Sequence record: KC814930
DNA: 39,758 bases
Direction: 5' to 3' (one strand)
From: Shigella phage SfIV
Below the pieces are notes generated by a model that worked only from the letters and a program-made list of their open reading frames with translations, searched no databases and was not told the DNA's origin. Made by a program: the position numbers and the translations under genes. Shown piece by piece: positions 10,038 through 20,407 of the stretch; within the stretch, counting starts at the first letter, position 1; every line of letters starts with the position of its first letter.

Positions 10038-11937
10038 TAATTTTCAGCTGAAAGCCATCATCACCGCTGTTGACAGGCTGTCCGGCCCGCTTAAAGGTAT
10101 GCAGCGTCAGCTTAAGGGATTTCAGAAAGAAGTCTCCAGCCTTGCTCTGGGCGCTGCCGGGGCGGGTACTGCAATAATGGGGGCACTGGCACTCCCTGTA
10201 AAATCAGCCATCACCCTTGAATCGAAGATGGCTGATGTCCGCAAAGTGGTGGACGGTCTGGATACGCCGGATGCGTTTAAGGCCATGACGGAGCAGGTAC
10301 GCGCTTTGTCTACTGAGCTTCCCATGTCTGCAGACGGGATCGCGGAAATTGTGGCGGCTGGCGGTCAGGCCGGGATTGCACGTGATGAACTGATGCAGTT
10401 TGCCACTGATGCGGTGAAGATGGGCGTGGCCTTTGATACCACGGCTGAAGAGTCCGGGCAGATGATGGCCCAGTGGCGTACTGCGTTTAATATGACGCAG
10501 GATGAAGTGGCCGGGCTGGCTGACAAAATCAACTACCTTGGTAATACCGGCCCAGCGAACGCGAAGAAAATCTCCGATATTGTTACGCGTATTGGTCCTT
10601 TAGGTGGTGTTGCAGGTGTGGCTTCCGGCGAAATCGCGGCAATGGGGGCAACCATTGCCGGGATGGGCGTGGAGTCAGAAATTGCCGCCACAGGGGTCAA
10701 GAACTTCATGCTTTCCCTGACCGCGGGAAATTCTGCGACAAAATCGCAGAAACAGGCATTGCGTTTTCTGCGGATCAATCCGAAGAAATTAGCTGCTGAT
10801 ATGCAGAAAGATGCCCGGGGCACCATGCTGTCTGTACTGGATGCGATGGCTAAAGTGCCTAAAGAAAAACAGGCAGCTGTGCTGAATGCCCTGTTCGGGA
10901 AAGAGTCTCTGGGCGCGATAGCACCTCTGCTGACTAACCTTGATTTGTTGCGTACCAACTTCAGGCGGGTTGCGGATTCCCAGCAGTATGGCAGTTCGAT
11001 GCAGAAGGAATATGCTTCGAGGGCAGCGACGACGGAAAACCAGCTTTTACTTCTGCAAAATCAACTTGATGCCATTTCTTCCACGCTGGGGGAAACGTTT
11101 CTTCCTGAGGTTAATGATGGTCTTGAAGCGGTAAAACCGCTCCTTGAGGAAGTGAGAACGTTTGTCCGTGAAAACCCGGAGCTCGTTAAGACCATTGCTA
11201 AAATCGGTCTGGCTTTACTGACAGTGGGGGCCGCTGCAGGCTCTTTGTCCAGAATCATGAAAGTTCTCGGCGGTGTGATGAATATGACGCCTGCTAAGGG
11301 GCTGATTGCTCTTCTGGTTGGTGGCGCTTACCTCATTATTGATAATTGGGAAACCGTAGGCCCTGTCATAAAAAAAGTCTGGCACGTGGTGGATGAAACG
11401 GCGCAGGTGATGGGGGGATGGGAAACTGTTCTGAAAGCGATTGCCCTGTTTATGGCAACCAAATGGGTTGCTGACGTTACCAAATCCATTACCGCAGTGA
11501 CCAGAGAGATGCGTACGCTGGGGAAGGTATCGGCAGAAACGGGATTGATGGGGAAAGGCCGCGGCTTTATCGGGAAGGCCGGGGTATATGGTTTTTTGGG
11601 AACCCTGATGTATGAGCCGGTTAAAGATACTCTGGAAAGTGTTGTTCCTGAAGATACGGTTAACTGGCTGGATAATAAAGGGCTGTTTCTGGCTTCAGAC
11701 TGGACGCCTTTTTTTGATCGTAAAGAGTACGAGCAGTATCAGGCCAGCCTGAGCCAGTACAAACCCAATGTTCCGCTGTTGAATCCATCTTCTTCCATGA
11801 CACAGCACAGCGAGCTGAAAGTCACGTTCGAGAATGCTCCGCTAGGTATGAAGATAATTGATGTACCGGGCAAAGCCGATCCCCTGATGAAAATCACGCA
11901 CGATGTGGGGTATTCCCCTTTTCGTTTTCCACGATAA
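10030..11937 (+). CDS. tail tape measure protein
   Basis: 635 aa, Ala/Gly-rich with long predicted helical segments, directly after the chaperone pair. Confidence 0.85.
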   Translation: MADNFQLKAIITAVDRLSGPLKGMQRQLKGFQKEVSSLALGAAGAGTAIMGALALPVKSAITLESKMADVRKVVDGLDTPDAFKAMTEQVRALSTELPMSADGIAEIVAAGGQAGIARDELMQFATDAVKMGVAFDTTAEESGQMMAQWRTAFNMTQDEVAGLADKINYLGNTGPANAKKISDIVTRIGPLGGVAGVASGEIAAMGATIAGMGVESEIAATGVKNFMLSLTAGNSATKSQKQALRFLRINPKKLAADMQKDARGTMLSVLDAMAKVPKEKQAAVLNALFGKESLGAIAPLLTNLDLLRTNFRRVADSQQYGSSMQKEYASRAATTENQLLLLQNQLDAISSTLGETFLPEVNDGLEAVKPLLEEVRTFVRENPELVKTIAKIGLALLTVGAAAGSLSRIMKVLGGVMNMTPAKGLIALLVGGAYLIIDNWETVGPVIKKVWHVVDETAQVMGGWETVLKAIALFMATKWVADVTKSITAVTREMRTLGKVSAETGLMGKGRGFIGKAGVYGFLGTLMYEPVKDTLESVVPEDTVNWLDNKGLFLASDWTPFFDRKEYEQYQASLSQYKPNVPLLNPSSSMTQHSELKVTFENAPLGMKIIDVPGKADPLMKITHDVGYSPFRFPR

Positions 11938-11961
11938 CGCAGTCCTTTTTGAGGTCAGTCT

Positions 11962-13338
11962 ATGGATTTATCCTCATTTCCCACCCGACCTTCATTACTT
12001 TCGTCGTCTTCAGGCTGGCGTGACAGACTTCAGGACGCGTCATTTCGCGGCGTGCCGTTTAAGGTTGAAGAAGAAAGTGCGGGAACCGGTCGCCGTGTGG
12101 AAACACATGAATACCCGAACCGCGACAAACCCTATACCGAAGACCTGGGGAAAATCACTTTTCGCCCGTCCATCACGGCTTATGTGGTGGGAGATGACTG
12201 CTTTGACCAGCGCGATCGCCTGATTGACGCGCTGAATAAACCCGGTCCCGGCACGCTTGTCCATCCGACATACGGTGAGCTGAAAGTCTGTGTTGACGGA
12301 GAAGTTCGGGTCAGCACATCGAAGAGTGAAGGGCGTATTGTCCGCTTTGACCTGAAGTTTGTCGAAGCGGGAGAACTCTCTTACCCCACATCAGGTGCGG
12401 CGACGGCGCAGACGCTGATGTCATCCTGTTCTGCACTGGATGACTGCATCAGTGACAGCTTCAGCGGTTTCAGTATCGATGGTGTGGCGGATTTCGTGCA
12501 GAACGACGTTATCGGTAATGCCAGCATAATGCTGGGGTATGTTTCTGATGCGATGAAAGTGGTGGATTCTGCCGTATCGGATGCCGCCAGGCTGTTGCAG
12601 GGGGATATCTCGGTACTTCTGCCGCCGCCATCGTCAGGCAAAAATTTCGTTGAGCAGGTGCAGAAAATGTGGCGTACCGGGAAACGCCTTTATGGTAACG
12701 CCAGCGACCTGGTCACCATGATCAAAACGCTTTCCGGTGTCAGCCTCGGCAGCGATCTGCAACCCCGCGGCGTCTGGAAAACGGACAGTAAAACCACCGC
12801 CACGGCGACGCAGCAGCGTAACGTGGTTGCCAGCACCCTTCGTACGACCGCAATCAGCGAAGCGGCGTATGCCGTCACCCGATTGCCTGCGCCAACAACT
12901 TCCGCGGTGATGCAGAATGCCGCAGTGGGGCAGGCAACAACACCCGCGCAGAGCACTTGCTGGCCTTCCGTCACGCATCCGGCACTGAACAATGCACCGG
13001 CGGTGAAAAACACGGTTGACCTGCCGACGTGGGAAGAACTGACTGACATTCGCGACACACTGAATACGGCAATTGATAAGGAGTTGTCCCGTACAACCAG
13101 CGATGCGCTGTTTCTGGCGCTGCGCCGGGTGAAAGCAGATCTGAATGCGGATATCAACACGCGCCTTGAACAGTCTGCACGGATCATTCAGCGCACACCG
13201 GATGAGGTTTTACCCGCGCTGGTGCTGGCGGCGACCTGGTTTGATAACGCGGCGCGTGACGCGGACATTATCCGGCGTAATGCCATTACGCATCCCGGCT
13301 TTGTGCCGGTGATCCCTCTGAAGGTGCCAGTGCAATGA
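11962..13338 (+). CDS. DNA circularization protein (Mu N-like)
   Basis: 458-aa ORF after tape measure and before the baseplate hub, the conserved position in Mu-type tail modules. Confidence 0.7.
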   Translation: MDLSSFPTRPSLLSSSSGWRDRLQDASFRGVPFKVEEESAGTGRRVETHEYPNRDKPYTEDLGKITFRPSITAYVVGDDCFDQRDRLIDALNKPGPGTLVHPTYGELKVCVDGEVRVSTSKSEGRIVRFDLKFVEAGELSYPTSGAATAQTLMSSCSALDDCISDSFSGFSIDGVADFVQNDVIGNASIMLGYVSDAMKVVDSAVSDAARLLQGDISVLLPPPSSGKNFVEQVQKMWRTGKRLYGNASDLVTMIKTLSGVSLGSDLQPRGVWKTDSKTTATATQQRNVVASTLRTTAISEAAYAVTRLPAPTTSAVMQNAAVGQATTPAQSTCWPSVTHPALNNAPAVKNTVDLPTWEELTDIRDTLNTAIDKELSRTTSDALFLALRRVKADLNADINTRLEQSARIIQRTPDEVLPALVLAATWFDNAARDADIIRRNAITHPGFVPVIPLKVPVQ

Positions 13339-14414
13339 ACGACAATGTCACGCTACGGGTAAATGGCCGGGAGTGGAATGGCTGGACATCGGTGCGCATC
13401 GGTGCCGGTATTGAACGGCTGGCGCGGGATTTCAGTGTGGAGATCACCCGCCAGTGGCCGGGAGATGAGGGTATTACCACGCTTCAGCCGCGCATTAAAA
13501 ACGGTTCAAAAGTGGAGGTGCTGATTGGTGATGAGCTGGTGATCACCGGCTGGGTGGAGGCGACGCCCGTTCGTTACGATGCCCGTTCGGTCAGCACCGG
13601 TATTGCCGGACGCAGTCTGACCGCTGACCTGATTGACTGTGCAGCCGAACCGACACAGTTTAACGGACGATCGCTGGTACAGATTGCGCAGGCGCTTGCT
13701 GCGCCTTTCGGCATTGAGGTGGTGAACAGCGGTGCGCCGTCGGGTGTTATTCCTGATGTTCAGCCTGATCACGGTGAAACGGTGATTGAGGTAATCAACA
13801 AAATACTCGGTCAGCAGCAGGCACTGGCTTACGACGACCCGCACGGCAGGCTGGTGATTGGCGGTATTGGCTCAACGCGGGCACATACTGCGCTGGTACT
13901 CGGGGAAAACATCCTTTCCTGCGATACGGAGAAGAGTATCCGGGAGCGATTTTCTGTTTACCAGGTGGCGGGGCAGCGTGCCGGAAACGACGATGATTTC
14001 GGTGAGGCCACCACCACCGCGCTGCGGGCCCGCACAGAGGACGCATTTATTGCCCGTTACCGTCCGATGTATATCAGGCAGACAGGGCAGGCTACGGGGG
14101 CAGGCTGTATTGCGCGTGCTGACTTTGAAGCCCGGCAACGGGCGGCGCGGACGGATGAAACCACCTATGTGGTGCAGGGCTGGCGACAGGGTAACGGTAC
14201 GCTGTGGCAGCCCAACCAGCGGGTGATTGTCTTTGATCCGGTCTGTGGTTTCGACAATACCGAACTGCTTGTTTCGGAAGTCACGTTTACTCAGGACCAG
14301 AACGGCACCCTGACGGAAATCCGTGTCGGCCCGCCTGATGCTTATCTGCCTGAACCCGAAGCCCCCGGCGCGCGGAAAAAGAAAAAAGCCAGAGTACAGG
14401 AGGACCCGTTCTGA
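13335..14414 (+). CDS. baseplate hub protein (Mu P-like)
   Basis: 359 aa, translationally coupled within the baseplate block. Confidence 0.7.
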   Translation: MNDNVTLRVNGREWNGWTSVRIGAGIERLARDFSVEITRQWPGDEGITTLQPRIKNGSKVEVLIGDELVITGWVEATPVRYDARSVSTGIAGRSLTADLIDCAAEPTQFNGRSLVQIAQALAAPFGIEVVNSGAPSGVIPDVQPDHGETVIEVINKILGQQQALAYDDPHGRLVIGGIGSTRAHTALVLGENILSCDTEKSIRERFSVYQVAGQRAGNDDDFGEATTTALRARTEDAFIARYRPMYIRQTGQATGAGCIARADFEARQRAARTDETTYVVQGWRQGNGTLWQPNQRVIVFDPVCGFDNTELLVSEVTFTQDQNGTLTEIRVGPPDAYLPEPEAPGARKKKKARVQEDPF

Positions 14415-14962
14415 TGAGGACGATTGAAGCCATGCAGCGACAACTCCTCGGCCTGATTGGGCGGGCAGTGGTGAAAAGCATCAGTGCCGCCACGAAATGT
14501 CAGACCGTGGATGTGTCCCTGATTGCCGGTGAACCCAAAGCCGGGATTGAACATCTTGAACCCTACGGTTTTACCGCAAGGGCAAACAGCGGTGCGGAAG
14601 CGGTGGTGTTGTTTCCGGATGGCGACCGTTCTCATGCGGTGGTTGTTACGGTGTCGGACCGGCGCTACCGCCTGAAAGGGCTGCAGACGGGTGAGGTGGC
14701 TGTCTATGACGATCAGGGGCAGTCTGTGACGCTGACCCGGGAGGGGATCGTGGTGGACGGTGCAGGTAAAACGATCACGTTTCGCAATGCGCCTAAGGCA
14801 CGTTTTGAAATGGACCTGGAAGTGACAGGACAGGTGAAAGACCTGTGCGACTCCGGCGGCACCACCATGTCAGCGATGCGGCTTGCCTATAACGGGCATC
14901 GTCACAGAGAGAACGGTCAGGGCAGTAACACCGACAAACCTGATAAAGCGATGGAGGCATGA
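14414..14962 (+). CDS. baseplate assembly protein V / spike
   Basis: 182 aa, position in baseplate block. Confidence 0.7.
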   Translation: MRTIEAMQRQLLGLIGRAVVKSISAATKCQTVDVSLIAGEPKAGIEHLEPYGFTARANSGAEAVVLFPDGDRSHAVVVTVSDRRYRLKGLQTGEVAVYDDQGQSVTLTREGIVVDGAGKTITFRNAPKARFEMDLEVTGQVKDLCDSGGTTMSAMRLAYNGHRHRENGQGSNTDKPDKAMEA

Positions 14963-15387
14963 TGGAACTGTGGCTGACGGTGAACGGTAAACGCACCTGC
15001 GCCAGCGCACCGCTGGATCCGCTGACCCGCGCCGTGGTGATTTCCCTGTTTACCTGGCGGCGGGCGGAGCCTGATGACAACGCCGACGTCCCGATGGGAT
15101 GGTGGGGGGATACCTGGCCTGCGGTACAGAATGACCGTTACGGCTCCCGACTGTGGCTGCTTCAGCGCAGCAAACTGACCAATCAGCTGGTGCAGACGGT
15201 AAGGGGATATATCCGCGAATGCCTGCAATGGATGATTGATGACGGCGTGGTGTCCCGTATTGATCTGGATATCCGCCGCACCGGGATTAATGAGCTGGGT
15301 AACAGTATCACCCTCTGGCGTCGTGATGGACCAGTAATGATTTCTTTTGATGATCTGTGGAGTGCGATAACGCATGGCGGACAGTGA
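14959..15387 (+). CDS. baseplate wedge protein (GPW/gp25-like)
   Basis: 142 aa, precedes the J-like baseplate gene as in Mu/P2 modules. Confidence 0.7.
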   Translation: MMELWLTVNGKRTCASAPLDPLTRAVVISLFTWRRAEPDDNADVPMGWWGDTWPAVQNDRYGSRLWLLQRSKLTNQLVQTVRGYIRECLQWMIDDGVVSRIDLDIRRTGINELGNSITLWRRDGPVMISFDDLWSAITHGGQ

Positions 15388-16432
15388 ATTTCAGCGCCCG
15401 ACGCTGGCAGAAAATATCAGTATGCTCCGTAACGATTTATTCGCCAGGCTGGACGTCAGCGACACGCTCCGGCGCATGGATGAAGACGTGCGGGCAAAGG
15501 TGTATGCGGCGGCGCTGCATACGGTTTACGGTTACATCGATTATCTGGCAATGAACATGCTGCCTGACCTGTGCGATGAGTCCTGGCTGGCGCGACATGC
15601 TGCGATGAAACGGTGTCCGCGCAAGGGGGCCACGGCTGCCAGCGGGTATATGCGCTGGGAAGGTGTCAGCGATGGCCTGAAGGTGACCGCCGGGAGTGTT
15701 ATTCAGCGCGATGACCTGGTGCAGTACACGGCAACTGCCGATGCAACCAGCACCGGTGGTGTCCTGCGCGTGCCGATCGCCTGCTCAAGTGCAGGCGCGG
15801 TCGGTAACGCTGACGACGGTACGTCATTAATCCTGGTCACGCCGGTGAATGGTCTGCCGTCTTCCGGCGTGGCAGATACCCTGACAGGTGGATTTGATAC
15901 TGAAGAGCTGGAAACGTGGCGCGCCCGCGTCATTGAGCGGTATTACTGGACGCCTCAGGGCGGGGCTGACGGGGACTATGTCGTCTGGGCTAAAGAAGTG
16001 CCCGGCATTACCCGCGCATGGACATACCGACACTGGATGGGAACGGGGACTGTCGGTGTGATGATTGCCGGCAGTGACCTGATTAATCCCATTCCGGAAG
16101 AATCAACGGAAACGGCGGCAAGACAACATATCGGGCCACTGGCCCCGGTGGCAGGCTCTGATTTGTATGTATTCAGGCCGGTGGCGCATAAAGTGGATTT
16201 TCATATCCGTGTGACGCCGGACACACCGGAAATACGGGCTGCCATTACCGCCGAGTTGCGTTCGTTCCTGCTGCGTGATGGTTATCCGCAGGGAGAACTG
16301 AAGGTGTCACGTATCAGTGAAGCGATTTCCGGTGCGAACGGGGAATACAGCCATCAGTTGCTTGCACCGGCGGACAATATCTCCATTGCAAAAAATGAAC
16401 TGGCGGTACTGGGGACGATTTCATGGACGTGA
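15374..16432 (+). CDS. baseplate J-like protein
   Basis: 352 aa, conserved position. Confidence 0.75.
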   Translation: MADSEFQRPTLAENISMLRNDLFARLDVSDTLRRMDEDVRAKVYAAALHTVYGYIDYLAMNMLPDLCDESWLARHAAMKRCPRKGATAASGYMRWEGVSDGLKVTAGSVIQRDDLVQYTATADATSTGGVLRVPIACSSAGAVGNADDGTSLILVTPVNGLPSSGVADTLTGGFDTEELETWRARVIERYYWTPQGGADGDYVVWAKEVPGITRAWTYRHWMGTGTVGVMIAGSDLINPIPEESTETAARQHIGPLAPVAGSDLYVFRPVAHKVDFHIRVTPDTPEIRAAITAELRSFLLRDGYPQGELKVSRISEAISGANGEYSHQLLAPADNISIAKNELAVLGTISWT

Positions 16433-17007
16433 CAAACGATGATTACATCCGTCTGTTGTCGGCACTGTTGCCACCCGGTCCGGCGTGGTCAGCCAGAGAT
16501 CCGGCGATTGCCGGTGCGGCACCGTCATTAACCCGCGTTCATCAGCGTGCGGATGCCCTGATGCGGGAGCTGGATCCGCACACCACCACTGAACTGATAA
16601 ACCGCTGGGAGCGTCTGTGCGGTCTGCCGGATGAATGTATTCCCGCAGGGACACAGACCCTTCGCCAGCGTCAGCAACGACTGGATGCGAAGGTTAACCT
16701 GGCGGGCGGCATCAATGAGGATTTTTACCTTGCACAGCTTGCTGCCCTGGGCAGACCAGACGCTACCATCACGCGATACGACAAAAGCACGTTCACCTGC
16801 TCATCTGCCTGTACTGACGCGGTGAATGCGCCGGAATGGCGGTATTACTGGCAGGTCAACATGCCAGTCGCCACCAACACCACCTGGATGACATGTGGCG
16901 ATCCCTGTGATTCCGCGCTGCGCTTCTGGGGGGACACCGTTGTCGAGTGTGTGCTTAACAAACTCTGCCCGTCGCATACCTATGTGATTTTTAAATATCC
17001 GGAGTAA
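16423..17007 (+). CDS. tail protein (Mu gp48-like)
   Basis: 194 aa, last gene of the baseplate block before the tail fibre. Confidence 0.65.
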   Translation: MDVTNDDYIRLLSALLPPGPAWSARDPAIAGAAPSLTRVHQRADALMRELDPHTTTELINRWERLCGLPDECIPAGTQTLRQRQQRLDAKVNLAGGINEDFYLAQLAALGRPDATITRYDKSTFTCSSACTDAVNAPEWRYYWQVNMPVATNTTWMTCGDPCDSALRFWGDTVVECVLNKLCPSHTYVIFKYPE

Positions 17008-17010
17008 TCC

Positions 17011-17661
17011 ATGCATCGTATAGACACGAAAACCGCGCAGAAGGATAAGTTCGGCGCGGGTAAGAACGGTTTTACCCGTGGTAACCCCCAGACTGGCACG
17101 CCTGCCACCGATCTGGATGATGACTACTTTGACATGTTGCAGGAGGAGCTTTGCAGCGTGGTGGAGGCATCCGGTGCCAGCCTGGAGAAGGGGCGGCACG
17201 ATCAGTTGCTTACCGCACTTCGCGCGCTGCTGTTAAGCCGCAAGAATCCGTTTGGCGATATCAAATCGGATGGCACGGTGAAAACGGCTCTCGAAAACCT
17301 TGGTTTGGGAGAAGCAGCTAAAAGGAATGTAGGTACAGGGGCGAATCAGATACCTGATATGAGCCTGTTCGCGTCAAGTAATACCGCAACGGCTGCTGCG
17401 CAAAAATTTCCGTCTGGATTAATTTTACAGTGCGGTCAGTTGAATGGCTCCCCTAATGTATCTTCAACATACGGGATGAGGTTCCCGATGACATTCTCAA
17501 GAGTCCTTGCTGTCACAGTTACATTGAACGTTACTGGCGCGGCTGGGCAGCCGACTGTATCGGCGACAAATGTCCATAACACTGGATTTAATATTACTGT
17601 GTCGCCCGGTTCAGGATATGGTGCATCTTCTGATGCGTATTACATTGCAATGGGATATTAA
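17011..17661 (+). CDS. tail fibre protein (short)
   Basis: 216 aa, immediately followed by a tail-fibre assembly gene; unusually short for a tail fibre. Confidence 0.65.
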   Translation: MHRIDTKTAQKDKFGAGKNGFTRGNPQTGTPATDLDDDYFDMLQEELCSVVEASGASLEKGRHDQLLTALRALLLSRKNPFGDIKSDGTVKTALENLGLGEAAKRNVGTGANQIPDMSLFASSNTATAAAQKFPSGLILQCGQLNGSPNVSSTYGMRFPMTFSRVLAVTVTLNVTGAAGQPTVSATNVHNTGFNITVSPGSGYGASSDAYYIAMGY

Positions 17662-17665
17662 CGAA

Positions 17666-18085
17666 ATGTCATATTTTTATTCTGCATCGACAAACGGATT
17701 TTATTCGACTGAATTTCACGGCACCAATATTCCTGATGATGCAGTGGAAATCTCGGAATCAGAGTGGAAAACACTGATTAACTCACAGAGTGTAACAAAA
17801 ATGATTACCTGTGGTGAGAACGGTCATCCTGTCATTGTTGACCGTCCTTCTCCAACACCAGAACAATTAGCCTTAATAAATGATGAAAAGAAATCTGCAC
17901 TGATAGCAGAGGCAACGAATGTAATAGCGCCGCTTCAGGATGCGGTTGATTTAGGTATGGCAACAGATGATGAAACGAAACTGTTACTGGCATGGAAAAA
18001 ATATCGCGTGCTATTGATGCGTGTTAATACTTCAACAGCACTCGATATTGAATGGCCTACGCCTCCGGCAGTTCAGGCCAGATGA
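17666..18085 (+). CDS. tail fibre assembly protein (Tfa)
   Basis: ATG at 17666; C-terminus [28 protein letters not shown] is the Tfa signature; N-terminal part ...[14 protein letters not shown] is also typical. Confidence 0.8.
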   Translation: MSYFYSASTNGFYSTEFHGTNIPDDAVEISESEWKTLINSQSVTKMITCGENGHPVIVDRPSPTPEQLALINDEKKSALIAEATNVIAPLQDAVDLGMATDDETKLLLAWKKYRVLLMRVNTSTALDIEWPTPPAVQAR

Positions 18086-18569
18086 CATCCGGCGCGGTGC
18101 TGGTATCTGTTGCCGTCACCGCGTCAATGTAATCCAGCACAGCGTTAAGGCGGGTTGTTTCTGCCTGCGTCAGTTTACGTCCGGCCTGCAATTTCAGCTG
18201 AATCAGACTGATGGAAGCCATAGCAGCATCAACCAGAGACTGGCGCTGTACTTCTGCTGCACCTACTGCGGCGCTATGCTGTGCCTCAGTATCCGTCACC
18301 CATTTCTCACCATCCCATTTATCATATGGCGTTAACGGGGCGATAGTGGTTGTATTTTCAGGGTAATCACCCAGAGCTGTGATTTCTTTCGATTCTCCTG
18401 TTTCGGTGCTATAAACGTTTTCACCGCGATGGTCTGGCACATATTCCCATGAGTTAAAATCTGCAGAACGGCAAATTGCATAACCAGCTTTATATGAGCC
18501 AGGAGCATCTAAACAGGAATATGCAGGGATACCGACACCCACAGCAAGATATTCAGTTGATGCAGAAAT
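18057..18569 (-). pseudogene. second tail fibre assembly gene, 5'-truncated by IS insertion
   Basis: Minus-strand reading frame ends ...[17 protein letters not shown] (Tfa signature), convergent with the plus-strand tfa; its 5' end runs into the IS3-family element at 18570 and the first ~45 codons of the track ORF are IS-derived. Confidence 0.7.
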
Positions 18570-18588
18570 ATGAATCGCCACAGATAAT

Positions 18589-19401
18589 CTAGACACTTCC
18601 GAGCCGCTGATAATATTGGTTTTCGTATTCAGTTGGTGGCATATGATCACTCGAACCATGCCGACGCTTACTGTTATAAAACATTTCGATGTAATCAAAA
18701 ATATCACCGCGAGCTTCTTCTCGCGTTCCGTAGATCTTTTTCTTTATCCGTTCACGTTTCAGTAGCTGGAAAAAACTTTCTGCGACTGCGTTGTCATGAC
18801 AGTTACCGCGACGGCTCATACTGCCCTCCAGCCCGTGTGATTTCAGGAACGACTGCCACTCATAGCTTGTGTACTGACTGCCTTGATCAGAATGAACCAG
18901 CACCTGCTTTTGAGGATTACGTCGCCACACGGCCATCAGAAGTGCATTCAGGACAATATCCTTTGTCATCCGGGGCTGCATTGACCAGCCAATAACTTTG
19001 CGCGAGAACAGGTCAACAACCACAGCCAGATACAGCCAGCCTTCGTGAGTCCGGATGTAGGTGATGTCCGTTACCCAACGCTCATCCGGTGCTTCCGAGT
19101 TGAACTGCCGCTGGAGCCTGTTGGGCGTCACGATGCTGGTTTCACCCTTACGTGCCCGTGGGCTACGGTACCCGACCTGAGCCCTTATCCCGGCACGCTT
19201 CATCAGTCGCCAGACACGGTTAACTCCGCACTGTTGTCCGGTATCCCGCAGGTCGAGGTGGATCTTGCGATAACCATAAACGCAACCCGACTCCAGCCAG
19301 AACTGCTTTATCAGCCCCGTCAGCCTCAGGTCAGCATGATGCCGCCGTGAATCCGGCTGCTGAAGCCAGGCGTAAAAACCACTCGGATGCACATCCAGCA
19401 C
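18589..19401 (-). CDS. IS3-family transposase OrfB (DDE catalytic domain)
   Basis: 270 aa; its frame is open upstream into the orfA 3' end, as expected for an OrfAB frameshift fusion. Confidence 0.85.
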   Translation of the reverse strand: MLDVHPSGFYAWLQQPDSRRHHADLRLTGLIKQFWLESGCVYGYRKIHLDLRDTGQQCGVNRVWRLMKRAGIRAQVGYRSPRARKGETSIVTPNRLQRQFNSEAPDERWVTDITYIRTHEGWLYLAVVVDLFSRKVIGWSMQPRMTKDIVLNALLMAVWRRNPQKQVLVHSDQGSQYTSYEWQSFLKSHGLEGSMSRRGNCHDNAVAESFFQLLKRERIKKKIYGTREEARGDIFDYIEMFYNSKRRHGSSDHMPPTEYENQYYQRLGSV

Positions 19402-19438
19402 CCGACAAAGCAGTCGGACAGGCCAGCAATGGGTGTTG

Positions 19439-19741
19439 TCACGGATAAAGGCGTACCTCAGTCGGACAGCTTTGCGAAGTACGCCGCTGTAGATTCAATA
19501 TGTCCCGTTCGTCGGTAACCCGCTTCAGCTCTTTCTGGAGGCGTCGGATCTCAGCCTGAGCGTCTGACTGGACTTTATTGGTTGAGGAATCCGGGCCATA
19601 TGCCTTTATCCAGGCATAAAGACTGTGGGTGGTGATACCGAGACGTGTTGCCACGCTGGAAACAGAATGGCCGCGATCAACAACCTGTTTTACCGCTTCA
19701 ATTTTAAACTCTTCGGGATAACGCTTACCGCTCATGGGCAC
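19439..19741 (-). CDS. IS3-family transposase OrfA (HTH)
   Basis: 100-aa ORF, N-terminal HTH-like segment, upstream of orfB within the IS. Confidence 0.8.
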   Translation of the reverse strand: MPMSGKRYPEEFKIEAVKQVVDRGHSVSSVATRLGITTHSLYAWIKAYGPDSSTNKVQSDAQAEIRRLQKELKRVTDERDILNLQRRTSQSCPTEVRLYP

Positions 19742-19904
19742 CTCTCTTTAAGTCATCTTAAATGACTCTGAGGTGTCTGTTAAACCTGTGGCGATTCATT
19801 ATTAACTCTAATTTTAACAATAATTCCAGCCAGTACCCCGTCAGCCAGGTTGTAGTATTGGGCGGTAATTATTCTTACCCGGAAGGGGTTAAGATGACAC
19901 TAGA

Positions 19905-20373
19905 GATGCGCGGTAATACCTGCCTTGGGGTTGGCTATACGGCAAGCGCATCGAGGCCAGATGTTAGTATAAGTGGATATTCCGCCAATGAGCAGGCTAT
20001 TTTTATCGATTATGATAACTTATGGATCCCATCACAATCACCGGTTGTGGATGCTACTGTTAAATGGAAAAGCTCTCCTGACTTCGCTTTTGGTGTGAGC
20101 GTTGTTGGTGCGACTGGAGCAATGGGAAACAGGAGAAATATACTCAGTGTTACAAGGGGAGCGACTGGGGTTTATACAGTAAATGCAAATCATGATATAG
20201 CAAACGTGGCTGTAGAAATAACTACTGTAGGGGTACCAGGATACGGAATAATAGGTGGTTATCCTACCGCAAACTCATTCGTTGTAAGGATGTACAATAC
20301 TGCAGGCGCTCCCACTGACATAGATTTCATAGCATTAGGAAAAGACTATAGAGCAAGATTTAACGCTACATAA
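19905..20373 (+). CDS. hypothetical protein
   Basis: ORF 19762..20373 begins inside the IS; the first ATG outside the IS is at 19905 with a purine-rich stretch upstream. Followed by a strong hairpin. Confidence 0.45.
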
Positions 20374-20374
20374 A

Positions 20375-20405
20375 ATCCCCCCCCCAGGATAACTGTGGGG
20401 GGGAT
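20375..20405. terminator. bidirectional stem-loop between convergent genes
   Basis: atccccccccc...gggggggat with about 9-bp G/C arms, between the 19905..20373 (+) gene and gtrC (-). Confidence 0.5.
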
Positions 20406-20407
20406 GT

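Larger units (their letters stand above)
18570..19799 (-). mobile_element. IS3-family insertion sequence (IS911-like), about 1.23 kb
   Basis: 14-bp terminal inverted repeats atgaatcgccacag (18570..18583) and ctgtggcgattcat (19786..19799); encloses orfA and orfB in the IS3-family arrangement; orfB resembles IS911 from memory. Confidence 0.85.

Noticed and set aside
12634-13187. Minus-strand ORFs inside the DNA circularization gene
   Set aside because: Antisense shadow ORFs within a long plus-strand gene in an operon with no minus-strand genes.
13795-15375. Assorted minus-strand and alternative-frame ORFs in the baseplate block
   Set aside because: All overlap confidently placed, translationally coupled baseplate genes; no independent support.
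18633-19350. Plus-strand ORFs 18633..18995 and 19045..19350 inside the IS3-family element
   Set aside because: Antisense to the transposase orfB; shadow ORFs.
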